From IMG/VR virus record IMGVR_UViG_3300037047_000119: DNA of 55,295 bases, one strand, 5' to 3'. A model generated the notes under the pieces. The model made no database searches and was not told where the DNA came from. It was given only the letters and a program-made list of their open reading frames with translations. This DNA is from an uncultured virus (IMG/VR IMGVR_UViG_3300037047_000119). Its lineage: Duplodnaviria > Heunggongvirae > Uroviricota > Caudoviricetes. Positions 45,856-55,100 of this stretch are shown here, piece after piece. Both the position numbers and the translations under genes were made by a program. The number at the start of each line of letters is the position of its first letter. Within the stretch, counting starts at the first letter, position 1.

Positions 45856-48800
45856 GTCCTGCCTCCTCAAGAAGCTTTCTGCTGTGCGCCAATGGCCAGG
45901 GGCACTCCGCCCTTCGCCATATATGCCTCTCGTATAGAAAGAAAAATCGTCCCGACTTCTAGAAACTGCGGTTTTTTTCTCACCTTCTCTGATGTACTTC
46001 GCATCGTATTCTTTAGGGTCTTGCGTCTCGACCACCCTCCTCAGTTGCACGATTGACGGATGCGTAGGGTCAGAAATCTCGTACTCCTCCTCCAATGCCT
46101 TTTTAAACTCTTCCGCGATCTGCACCCGTACAGAACTACCCAAAAGAAAACAATCGTTTGGATCTGAGTTTTGCTCTAGACAAGTTACAACCTCATCCAT
46201 CAATTTCCGTATCCGTTCAGAGGATTTGACCCGTGTCATAAGTTCGACCCGTAATTGGTCAATGTCCTCCGGTTTGGACGGAATCTTTTTTTTGCCTTTG
46301 GCCGAAGCCGGTGCGGTAGACCACTCGATGTCAGACCCCGGGGAGTCCTTCTTCTCCGGCTCCGGGGAATCCGTCTTCGCGGGTTCGGGCGAGTCTTTCT
46401 TTTCCGACTTCGCACCGGAGTCTTCTTTCCCATCTCCGCCCGAATCCCCACCAGATGCTCCATCAGACCCTCCGCTATGCTCCTCTGCCTGAGCCGTTAG
46501 GACTGCATGCATCGTGGTCATATCGTCCACGGCAAGATCAGCCAACAACCCTCGGAGCAAGTTTTGCTGCCATGGCTCCTTGAGCTTTCTCAGTGCGTCC
46601 TTGAGCATGTTCTCCAGTTCCCGATCTTCCCCCGCGGCAATCTTGGCCAGATCGTTCGCGTCCATGACGGACACACGTGTGTGGAGGCTCGCTCGGCTAG
46701 CTGGAGAGTAAAAGTCTGCGGTCATAAGGTCTGAGACATCTCGACCAGTTTCCATCTGATTCAGAAGAAGTGCCTTCAGTGTCCCCGATGGCTCTGGGAA
46801 AATCGACTGCCCCCCTACCTCTCGGACACGTCGATCATCTTTGGCTGCCAGAGATGCCAGAAACATCCCACTGACTACCTGCGTCAACTGATCGTGCTGA
46901 GGTGTCCCGGACTGCATCTCTGAAAGTTGCTCCGCGGCCTTGGCAAAAGCCTCAGAACGAAGCGCCGGGGTCAACTTGGTGTACAGGTTGTAGGAGGTTC
47001 TCGCGATCCCCTCCATCTTTTTCTGGTCAGCGGGTTCCGACGAGAGCGGTACCACCTTGCTAGGGTTGATCACGCGCTTTCGGAGTACGTCTTGTGCTGC
47101 TAGTGCCTCACCGAACTCATCCGCGGGGGCTCCCTTACGCTTGAGTCCTCCCGCCGTCGAAACGAGTTCCGAGATAAAGTCCTCGTCCAACTCTTGTGCA
47201 TCATACGAGGAAACGGCTTTGTGGTACGCCTCCGCTGCCCTATCCTGAGCTTCAGGTGTCAACTTCTGGAAATGCTCAGCCTCCGGATTGCGACGCGGTA
47301 TACCACCCTCTCCCTTTTCCTCCTTCAGTTGTTTCAACAGTTGTCCCGCAGGAGACTTCGAGCGTTCAAATTCCTTTTTGGATGTTGATTTAGCAGAGGA
47401 ATCGAAAGCATCCAGCAAAGGTTTCATTTCGTAGGCGTGAGATGCTCCGGGGGTTACAATCGCAACACCCCCCGACGCCTCGATCTCTTTGATGCGTTGG
47501 AGCATCTGGTCCTGACGCATCCGATTAAATGTTTTCTGGATTTTCGCAACCGGATTATCCTTCATCTCGGATAAGAGTTTCCGGTCCTCGTCATTCTCAG
47601 CATCATGTGGGAATGCGGCCATATACATGGCCCTCGGCGGATCCGTAGGAATTCCCCAGGTTTGAAGTTTTTCCTTCACCTCGGGGGAAATAACCAGATC
47701 TGTCCCTTGTCCTGCCTCAAAAGCTGTCATGGCCGCAAGCACATCCTCAACGGGATGTCCAGACTTTGCTGCTAAATCTTTTACAGCATCGGATTCCGCA
47801 TCAAGAACCTCTCCCCCAACCTCATCACTCCATTTAACATACAGTCGATCCCAACTGTCTTGTTTTACGCGACGCCCAAATTTGTCCCCTAAAGCCTTAG
47901 CAACTCGCTCCTGCTCCCCCCCGGGGAATCCCTCCTCCACGCCCTCAGCAAGGAACACTACCTGCTTACCCGCTTTGAGAGCTTCCTCAGCCGCTTTGAT
48001 CGCGGCAGGGATGACCGTCTCATCTATATAGGCATGTTCAGCCCCCAACTCCTCGCCATCCTCAAAAATGGCGTGGTTGGTACCCAGAATTAAAGACCCC
48101 CCAGGAGTCTTAGCTTGGTGTTCCTCTACCCATTCGGGAGATCCATCAAAAGCGGTCTCCTGAGTAGGATCCCGACGCTCTGGCGTTTTCTTTTTAGGGG
48201 TTTCCCCCTCGGGATCCTTCTTTAACTCTTGCTCCATCTCCTCCGTGGGGACGCCCTCCGGAGGCTCCAGGTCGTTGGTTAACTCTTTCTCCATCTCCTC
48301 GGTAGGAACTGGATTCGGAGGCTCTAGATCGTCCTTTTTTGCAGCCTCTGGGTCTTGCCCCTTAGCGTAAGCCTGAGCCTGCTCCCGTTCGGGAAACGTC
48401 TGGGAATCCCCAGCCTGAGTCATACCCCGCCAGCCGGATTTCGTTTTCCACACTTCTCCCGGACGGTGCTGGCCCTTCGGTGGTTTCGGAGTGGAGCGTC
48501 TTTTAGCAACGTGCTTGTAGTTACGGGACAAATCCTTGTCGGTCTCTGCACCAATAGGTTTCACGTCCGGATCCGAGTCCGTCTCCACACGCTCCCGCCG
48601 CAAGTCATCCCGTGGGGGCTTTTTCTTTGGGGAGGGACGGACGAGTCGTTCGACCTCTTCGTCCTCTCTCTCCCCCTCACTTTTCGTAGCTACCTTCAGC
48701 AGCCTGTTCTCCGCGTGAACCGTCCGTGAGGCACATCTGTCACAGAGTGCCATCATTTCAATACGATCCGGAGACATACATCGACACTGGGTCATGTCCC

Positions 48801-48882
48801 CACATACGGGGCATGTCAGCTTGTAGTGCTGGTTCCCCAGTATCCGACGCACATCCGCCGCGGTAGGAAAATAGGAGGACAT
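44959..48882 (-). CDS. 1307-aa head-associated protein containing a Tiki/EreA/ChaN-like domain
   Basis: GAAGGAG RBS; LILGTNH, VFLAEG, RQDQML.RI, IVTPGASH; many [KR]xA motifs. Confidence 0.7.
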   Translation of the reverse strand: MSSYFPTAADVRRILGNQHYKLTCPVCGDMTQCRCMSPDRIEMMALCDRCASRTVHAENRLLKVATKSEGEREDEEVERLVRPSPKKKPPRDDLRRERVETDSDPDVKPIGAETDKDLSRNYKHVAKRRSTPKPPKGQHRPGEVWKTKSGWRGMTQAGDSQTFPEREQAQAYAKGQDPEAAKKDDLEPPNPVPTEEMEKELTNDLEPPEGVPTEEMEQELKKDPEGETPKKKTPERRDPTQETAFDGSPEWVEEHQAKTPGGSLILGTNHAIFEDGEELGAEHAYIDETVIPAAIKAAEEALKAGKQVVFLAEGVEEGFPGGEQERVAKALGDKFGRRVKQDSWDRLYVKWSDEVGGEVLDAESDAVKDLAAKSGHPVEDVLAAMTAFEAGQGTDLVISPEVKEKLQTWGIPTDPPRAMYMAAFPHDAENDEDRKLLSEMKDNPVAKIQKTFNRMRQDQMLQRIKEIEASGGVAIVTPGASHAYEMKPLLDAFDSSAKSTSKKEFERSKSPAGQLLKQLKEEKGEGGIPRRNPEAEHFQKLTPEAQDRAAEAYHKAVSSYDAQELDEDFISELVSTAGGLKRKGAPADEFGEALAAQDVLRKRVINPSKVVPLSSEPADQKKMEGIARTSYNLYTKLTPALRSEAFAKAAEQLSEMQSGTPQHDQLTQVVSGMFLASLAAKDDRRVREVGGQSIFPEPSGTLKALLLNQMETGRDVSDLMTADFYSPASRASLHTRVSVMDANDLAKIAAGEDRELENMLKDALRKLKEPWQQNLLRGLLADLAVDDMTTMHAVLTAQAEEHSGGSDGASGGDSGGDGKEDSGAKSEKKDSPEPAKTDSPEPEKKDSPGSDIEWSTAPASAKGKKKIPSKPEDIDQLRVELMTRVKSSERIRKLMDEVVTCLEQNSDPNDCFLLGSSVRVQIAEEFKKALEEEYEISDPTHPSIVQLRRVVETQDPKEYDAKYIREGEKKTAVSRSRDDFSFYTRGIYGEGRSAPGHWRTAESFLRRQDMATMTKKGARSVTQTLDRVASLFQTEWVTLGVPERIASDFAYRCDLLSDRIERVAGLDRVALDGDDPVKEPGFDPEGIGEEKNGPLRGDGDESYMKGEFSQQENRELRERVQDGDLGMTPNPEPQPASSGKQAAFERMGREAASGRLATACNKLQGAAMRVVAKDPKVAAPMFNLAQTVMGMQRDVLVGQASANKVARTLEALDLLLPHVDQVSDRLAQMVALTARVAEEKDEQVPAEEPEKDEKEAKKAGEIPPQFLENVKKKQDEAAEKKDEKKDDEKKDDEKEAKKASHGFNLFS
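45932..45945 (-). promoter_or_regulatory. Putative late promoter motif inside the 1307-aa ORF (TTTTCTTTCTATAC)
   Basis: Close match to the copy at 39859; about 75 nt upstream of a strong RBS+ATG. Confidence 0.5.
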
Positions 48883-48885
48883 GCG

Positions 48886-50043
48886 CTACTCCTTCTTGAA
48901 GATGCCTCTCTGAGGGGTGAACTCATAGCCATGTTCTTCAAGCCAAACCCGAAATTTCTTGTCTACAGTCACACGAGAGATCTTGGCCGGAATCGCCCCT
49001 GCAAGGACAATCACCTCGTTCTGCCCGTGGAACAAAAACTTTTGGCGCACCTCTCTTGGGAACGCCGTAAAGTCTACGAGCACTTGCGCGGACGGGATCT
49101 CCGCCTGAACCAGGAAATTCAGGGACTTTGAGGCTTCTCCGCTGTAAAAAGCGGTTGCGACTTCCGGGACGGTGGACCAGCTACTCTCTTTTCCTCGTTT
49201 GAGTTTCAAAGGAGCGCCCACCACCACATCCGTTAGATTCCGGAGTCCCGTGCGGGAATACAACTGCTTGAGGAGTTTGGCTTCGGTCAGCCCCGAGTAA
49301 TCCCCGAAATCGTCCAACTGTGTCCCGAATCCACGAAACACCTGAATGCTGGAGTATGGCTTGGGGGCATTCTCCTTTAGCCACTCGAAAGCGTCTGGTC
49401 GAATCCTCTTGCCCGATTCCTTGGTGTAACGTTCCAACTCCATTTCGACCCATCGAGGCAAACTGAAACCGGACACACCCTCACCGGGATCGTTTCGTAA
49501 CGTCACTCCATCGACCAATGTCATGTCGGACAACAGCACATCTGCAAACACAAAGGTGGACCCTCGCGGGGTCACGTACCCATCGAAAAACTTTCTGAAA
49601 TCGGACAGACCGACTCCAAGCATCTGACCTTCGAGCCGATTCTGTTTTGCGATCCACTGTGCCATTGCCCTGAAATCGATGTCGGCCATCGACCAGTATC
49701 TGCCTGCCTGTGTGGGATCTACCACCCCTGCTTTGAACAACTGATAGACATCCCGTTCTGACTTCATATCAAAAATGCGAAGTGGTCGTTTGGTCCTGTA
49801 GATATAGTTGTATTGATAGGAAGCAGTACTGTAATGACTGTAGTTTCTACGGAACATCGCGTACTGCGCCGGATCTGATACAGGAGCCAGAAGCGACGCA
49901 TTGGAGGAATCGTTAAAATCGTATTGCTCGTAACGGTAAAACGTCCCCTCACTTAGTGGTTTCGGGGTGAACACGTAAAAAAACCACCCATGCGGGCTTG
50001 CCGACCTCGCACGCGATCCCCCGGAAGAGGCATCGGTTTCCAC
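48886..50043 (-). CDS. ADP-ribosyltransferase-like protein (R-S-E type C-domain); start unclear, may be a frameshift extension
   Basis: VFRG...SSWST...A..F...QNEVIV; no clear RBS at GTG 50043. Confidence 0.7.
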   Translation of the reverse strand: METDASSGGSRARSASPHGWFFYVFTPKPLSEGTFYRYEQYDFNDSSNASLLAPVSDPAQYAMFRRNYSHYSTASYQYNYIYRTKRPLRIFDMKSERDVYQLFKAGVVDPTQAGRYWSMADIDFRAMAQWIAKQNRLEGQMLGVGLSDFRKFFDGYVTPRGSTFVFADVLLSDMTLVDGVTLRNDPGEGVSGFSLPRWVEMELERYTKESGKRIRPDAFEWLKENAPKPYSSIQVFRGFGTQLDDFGDYSGLTEAKLLKQLYSRTGLRNLTDVVVGAPLKLKRGKESSWSTVPEVATAFYSGEASKSLNFLVQAEIPSAQVLVDFTAFPREVRQKFLFHGQNEVIVLAGAIPAKISRVTVDKKFRVWLEEHGYEFTPQRGIFKKE

Positions 50044-52166
50044 TTCTGGATGTGGGTTTCCAGCTCACTTTTCATCTGGATCAAAGCCCGATGTTCTTGC
50101 TCGATCTGACGAGTGTACAAGACATAGTAGTCGCGCCAGTTGCGCATGGCCAATGTGTCTGACCCGTCAGGCTTAATGAGAGGACTTCCCGGTCGTCGCG
50201 AGTTTGGGATCTCAGTGATCTCCCCACGCTCCAACTGACCCTGAGTCTTCACGATCCAATCCAGATGTGGGAGGATCACCTGACTGAGATACTCCTGTGT
50301 GCCCTTGGAACTGACCTCGAAGGGCTGATAACTCACACCGAAACACGGCCCAGAGTGCCAGGAGTATCCATACCCCCCCCTAGCCCGTTCTCCCTGAACC
50401 GTCCACCCGTGCCGCATGATGTGCCCACGTACCAGCTTCACATTCGAGAAACACGCCGGACAGGTACCCGTATTGTCCAACGTCCGATCCGTGATCGGAC
50501 GAGTCAAATCGGAAACGGCCTCCTCCCCCATCTGATCAAGGTGCTTCTGTGCCAGTTCCTTCAGCCCATTCTTGTACGCCCACGTTAGAAACGCCGCAGG
50601 CTGCATCTTGTGGAGGTCCTCGATGCGTCCTCTGTCATCCACACGCATCGGGAAAGAGGGGGATTCTCCCTGGGGGGTATGTACCTGGAAAGAGGGAACA
50701 CCCATCCACCAGCCTTGTGTTTTGATCGACGGCCGATTGGTGTAGGAACTGATGAAAGGACTACCGATCTGTCCCACATACAACAGACCTACCGGAGGAC
50801 TATCAGGAGGACTCCCCTCCTTGAGTGGGAATTCCCGTCGGCCGATTGCAGCCTCAGCCTCAGACCGAAACCAAAAATGAACGGGCTCTTTGACTCCCGC
50901 GTAACCCCAGGTCTCAGCATTGTGCTCCTTGAGCCAATCCTTCAACACACGGGCAATGATGTCGTCGTTGCCCAACTGACGAGCGGCGGTGCTCTCCGTC
51001 ACCGACCACCCGATCAGGGCTAGGGCCTCCCGCAACAGGTCGATGTCATACGTCCCTGTTTTCCCCTGTCCCTTCGCGAAAACCTGGAGGAGCTTGAGCG
51101 CGGGTGATGCCACCGCGGCCCGCAACCAACGAGATGCCAGTTTCGACGCGGTCGGAGAAATCCGATGCCGAGTCGTTTGTGGTTCATTCCAAACTTTCTC
51201 CTCCTGGAACCGAATGTTCTGTTTCCGCTGCAAACCCTGAAACAGGGGCTCTCCGCCGTCTTGCGTCCGGAGATTCGACCCATAGAAAGGAAGCCCCATG
51301 TAGGCCATCCAACGCGCCCCAAAACGCAGGAGCGCCGCCCCTACCCCTGACCGGCGCTCCGCCGGTTCAGTGCAGATGAAATCAACCATAGGCTTGTCGA
51401 TGTGATATTTCTTGTAACTCTCAAACTTCTCCAAATAGGGTTGCGCCATCTGGAGAAGTTCTTCTGACCGCTGTCGAGGTGGGGGAGCATCCTCCGGTTT
51501 GTATTCCCTTCCCCACAACAACCATTTGGCCTTCGACCACAGTTCATTGAGGTCCCGTTTTTCTGCGGGCTCCAACAACCCCCAACGCCCCCCAACCCGT
51601 GCAAGCCAGTGCCAAATGGTCGGGAATTTTTTGAGAAATCGTTCCTTGGGGATGTATGAAATCTTGAGATAACCTACCTGCTTACCCTCTATGTAAGCCT
51701 CGACCGTGTGTACTACAAACCCTTTGTCCGATGGTCCTCTGTCTCTCGGATCGTCCTCGAACGTCTTGAACGTGATCTCGCGTCCGTCTTTGGTGAGGTA
51801 CTCGTCGGAACTAGCACGTGCCGTCTTCTGCACTCGCTGCCCGCAGTTGGGGCAGAACGCGGCACTCCCCGGGACCACCGTTCCGCAGCCCGGACACGGG
51901 CGAGTCACCTTCTCGGGTTCCCCGAACTGGAGGACGATCCAGTAGGGCCCCTTCCCGTACGTCCCGATCCCGTGGTACTTGAACCGACCGTTCTGCCACT
52001 TCCAGTCGTGGCCCTCGTGCTCGGACCGGATGTTGTGCGTACCGAACGAGGTCGTCGGAGTGGGGGTGCCCCGCCCGAACCAGTAATAGACCACGTCGGG
52101 CTTTTCGGGCATCGGGAAACCCCGTACCAGCCCTTGAAATGGATGCACCTCATATCGGGATTTCAT
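49953..52166 (-). CDS. Polyvalent cargo protein: Zn ribbon, GNAT, tag, Cys/His domain
   Basis: CPGCG..CPNCG; QKTARAS; CTEPAERRSGVGAALL; ASKLASRWLRAA; GTCPAC..HGW..H..PC.G. Confidence 0.75.
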   Translation of the reverse strand: MKSRYEVHPFQGLVRGFPMPEKPDVVYYWFGRGTPTPTTSFGTHNIRSEHEGHDWKWQNGRFKYHGIGTYGKGPYWIVLQFGEPEKVTRPCPGCGTVVPGSAAFCPNCGQRVQKTARASSDEYLTKDGREITFKTFEDDPRDRGPSDKGFVVHTVEAYIEGKQVGYLKISYIPKERFLKKFPTIWHWLARVGGRWGLLEPAEKRDLNELWSKAKWLLWGREYKPEDAPPPRQRSEELLQMAQPYLEKFESYKKYHIDKPMVDFICTEPAERRSGVGAALLRFGARWMAYMGLPFYGSNLRTQDGGEPLFQGLQRKQNIRFQEEKVWNEPQTTRHRISPTASKLASRWLRAAVASPALKLLQVFAKGQGKTGTYDIDLLREALALIGWSVTESTAARQLGNDDIIARVLKDWLKEHNAETWGYAGVKEPVHFWFRSEAEAAIGRREFPLKEGSPPDSPPVGLLYVGQIGSPFISSYTNRPSIKTQGWWMGVPSFQVHTPQGESPSFPMRVDDRGRIEDLHKMQPAAFLTWAYKNGLKELAQKHLDQMGEEAVSDLTRPITDRTLDNTGTCPACFSNVKLVRGHIMRHGWTVQGERARGGYGYSWHSGPCFGVSYQPFEVSSKGTQEYLSQVILPHLDWIVKTQGQLERGEITEIPNSRRPGSPLIKPDGSDTLAMRNWRDYYVLYTRQIEQEHRALIQMKSELETHIQKWKPMPLPGDRVRGRQARMGGFFTCSPRNH
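49977..49983 (-). other. Candidate -1 slippery site T_TTT_TTT
   Basis: GGT TTT TTT ACG in frame of 49953..52166; a -1 shift enters 48886..50043. Confidence 0.45.
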
Positions 52167-55100
52167 CTGTCTACCTTATGCCAACGCAGAATTTTGAGCA
52201 GGGACAAATCCATCACGGCGATACTCTCATCCCGAACTGATCGTTCATAGAACCTAAATATGGTGTAACCATAAGGGGAAGCTTCCCGAATGATATCAGG
52301 AGCCTCTTCATAGGGGATGCGTTTATCCGTGGGATCAGGATTCGACCCCATTACACGGAGTCGGATCTCTTCCGCTAATGGATCCTGATAGGGGTTGAAA
52401 ATCTTACCCTTTTGGAAATCGACTGCCACCTCGGCAAGCCACCCTCCCCGAGGACCTTCTGAAATATACTCCGCCTGAGTTTTCCGTCCCTTCGGCTGAC
52501 TGAGATAGATGGCATGATGACGGCCGGGTCGAAAACGGTCAAACCTCTCTGATGTGCCATGTAAGAACACCCCAGGAGGCCATGTATTTGCTTCCCTCCG
52601 AAGCGCTGGATTTCTATACATCCCAGCGGAGAGCGAAAAATCTACATGCCGACCTTTATTTTCAACGAACCCAAACCGCTTGTAGAACTGAACCAGACGG
52701 GATCTGCTGGTCGTACCCTTTCGGTCATCCCGCAACGCGGGACTAAGCACGACTCGAGCACCCTGTTGATCCGCGAACCGGCATAGGAGGGACATGGCCT
52801 CCGTTCCTACACCCTGTTTGCGGGCGGCCTTGCCTACCACTAACAGGTTAAGCTGGATGTCCCCCTGCTGAGTCAGGTACAGGTCAAAGGACTCCAGACC
52901 CAGGTCTTGCTCTACTTGCTCCCCGAAAGATCGGACGGCCGCCGCGGAAACCGACGCCGTCTTGCCCCGTTTCATCCCCTCCTCCACGAGAGGGACCCAA
53001 ACGGGGTAACGGTGCCGCACGTCCCCGTCGAGGAAATACGACGCGAAGCTATCCGCAAATGCCTCGTGCATGTTGCCGTTGCTGAAAGGCAATTGCGCCG
53101 TATCCCAAACGTCCACCCCGGCCGCTTCCGCAGCCGCTATGAACTGACGAAGTCCCCAGCGGTCGAGCACAGAGTGACCCACCTCATGGGTGAAAACGAA
53201 ATCCCGAGGATCCTCAGCGAGATTCCAGAACTTCGGATAGATCTCAATGCCCCGAGATGTGTAGCGTGCCTCGGGGTGGTTTCCGGCGCCCGGATGAGTC
53301 ACATGCCAAACACGGTCCCTCAAAAAGGGTCTAACCTTGGGGTGACGGCGGAGATACTCTTCAACCCAGGCATTCAACTCCGGGTCCCCAGAGTGATTCG
53401 AGGTCTTGGTACGTTTGTACTGGATGTCACCGGGGCCAGCGTCATAAGACTCGGCCTTGCCCGCTTGCTCCAGCTTCTCCCAGTAAGACCTGTTCTCGGG
53501 GGAGGTAATCATACCGGAACGGAAAGAGCCCCCATAGCGTGTGGCCCAGGCATACGCCGTGTCGTGCAGCAGTTTGGAGAGCCCCTGACGACGGAACAGG
53601 GGGTCTACATACACATTCCCGACATACCAGTAACCACCGTCTCTCGGAGAGGGTACCAGAATGAGATAACCCGCGTTCGCATCCTCTTTGGTGTTGGCTA
53701 AGAAAACGTATGCGCTGCTGTGCGTAGTGAATTGCCCGTTGTCAGGTTCCACCGTCACACGGAGATTGTTTCGCTCCACCAGTAACTTGGGGGTGGAACC
53801 CCGTTTGTCGAGCTTCGCATCTACCGTCCCATCCTTCAGGAAGTCATCCTCAAGTCCGGGGACAAGATACTGACTCTTCAAGGTCGCGGGCTCGTGTCCT
53901 ACCGCCTCCGCCGTTTCCTCCAGAGCCTTCTTGAACTCTTCCTTCAGCTTCTTTTCTCGCTCTTTCTTGTCCTCGGGCAGTTTGCCACCCTTGCCTCGGA
54001 CAGCTTTGAGCCGCGTCTGCATCTCCGTGTTGGCGTGGTAACCTCGGATGTCCTTCGCTGTGACATCGAACGGTTTCAAATACGCATTGACATCTTCCGC
54101 CTTCACACCACCGCAGATCTCGTCATTGTCCTTCTTGCCCTTGACGGCTTCCCTGAGTGCCGTCAAAGAACCGGGGGAATCGATCACCTTCTCATGCTTG
54201 ACTCCGGACTTACCCACGTACTTGATGGTGGCTTTGTCCTTCCCCAACGTGAGATGTTTGACTTTCCACCCGGTCACTCCGAAATGACCCTCTTTGGCGG
54301 ACTCATCGTTGCCCACCCGCTCATAGGTGGCATCCATGAGGCCAACCGCCAGAGCCACCATTCGAGTGTGCTCATCCTCTGACTTCAGATCCTTCTGCAC
54401 CTGCTTGCGCAAATCCTTGATGGTCTTTCGCAGCTTTTCGACACGTTCCGCCTTCTGCCGATTGCGGTTGGCGATCTGACGGTCGGAGTACTCGTAGACC
54501 GTCATCTCATCCCCGTCCTGGGTCTTGACGGTTTTCTTGTCCTTGTAACGCGCCGCTGCCGCTTGCAAATAGCGGACAGCGAGTCGTCTCGCCTTGAGAT
54601 ATCGTCCGTGCTCATCCATGTCGACTAAACCCCGGCTGTCAAACCTGTCCCACATCCGAGTAGAGTCAAAAGTCTGACTATGGGAAGCGTAAAAACGAAC
54701 TCCTCGTCGTGCCAACCATTGTTTAGCAAACAGGTAGAGTGCGGATGCCACACCTTGGCGCTGGAACTCTTCTTGTACCTCAGCCCAAGAGGGCCGAGCG
54801 AGACCAACATCCCGTCTCATATTGACGTATTTTTTCCGCCAGATATCCTCGTCTCCTGCTTCCTGTCCTATCAGTCTTGGATACTTGACAGCGAACACAT
54901 CGGCACTTGGGAATTCCTTGTCAAACCGTTTGGGATCCCAGAATCCCATCTCAAGTTCCCCTGCCGGATCCCCATCCACATCCACCCAGAACGTGATCTG
55001 CCTGAACCCCAGCTTGGTCAACTTGGGGTAAGGACGATTCTCCTGCACCCGAAACGTGATCCGTCGACCATCCTTGGTTGTAGTGGAGGCAAAGCGTTTT

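Noticed and set aside
48880..48888. TAG CGC ATG places the ART ORF in frame with the 1307-aa ORF, hinting at readthrough or recoding
   Set aside because: Good GAAGGAG RBS for the ATG; long genes show no internal TAG or TGA, so the standard code fits
51810..52130. Locally more GC-rich coding segment (also 5118-5486)
   Set aside because: May be recent acquisition, but judged only by eye and no boundary repeats were seen
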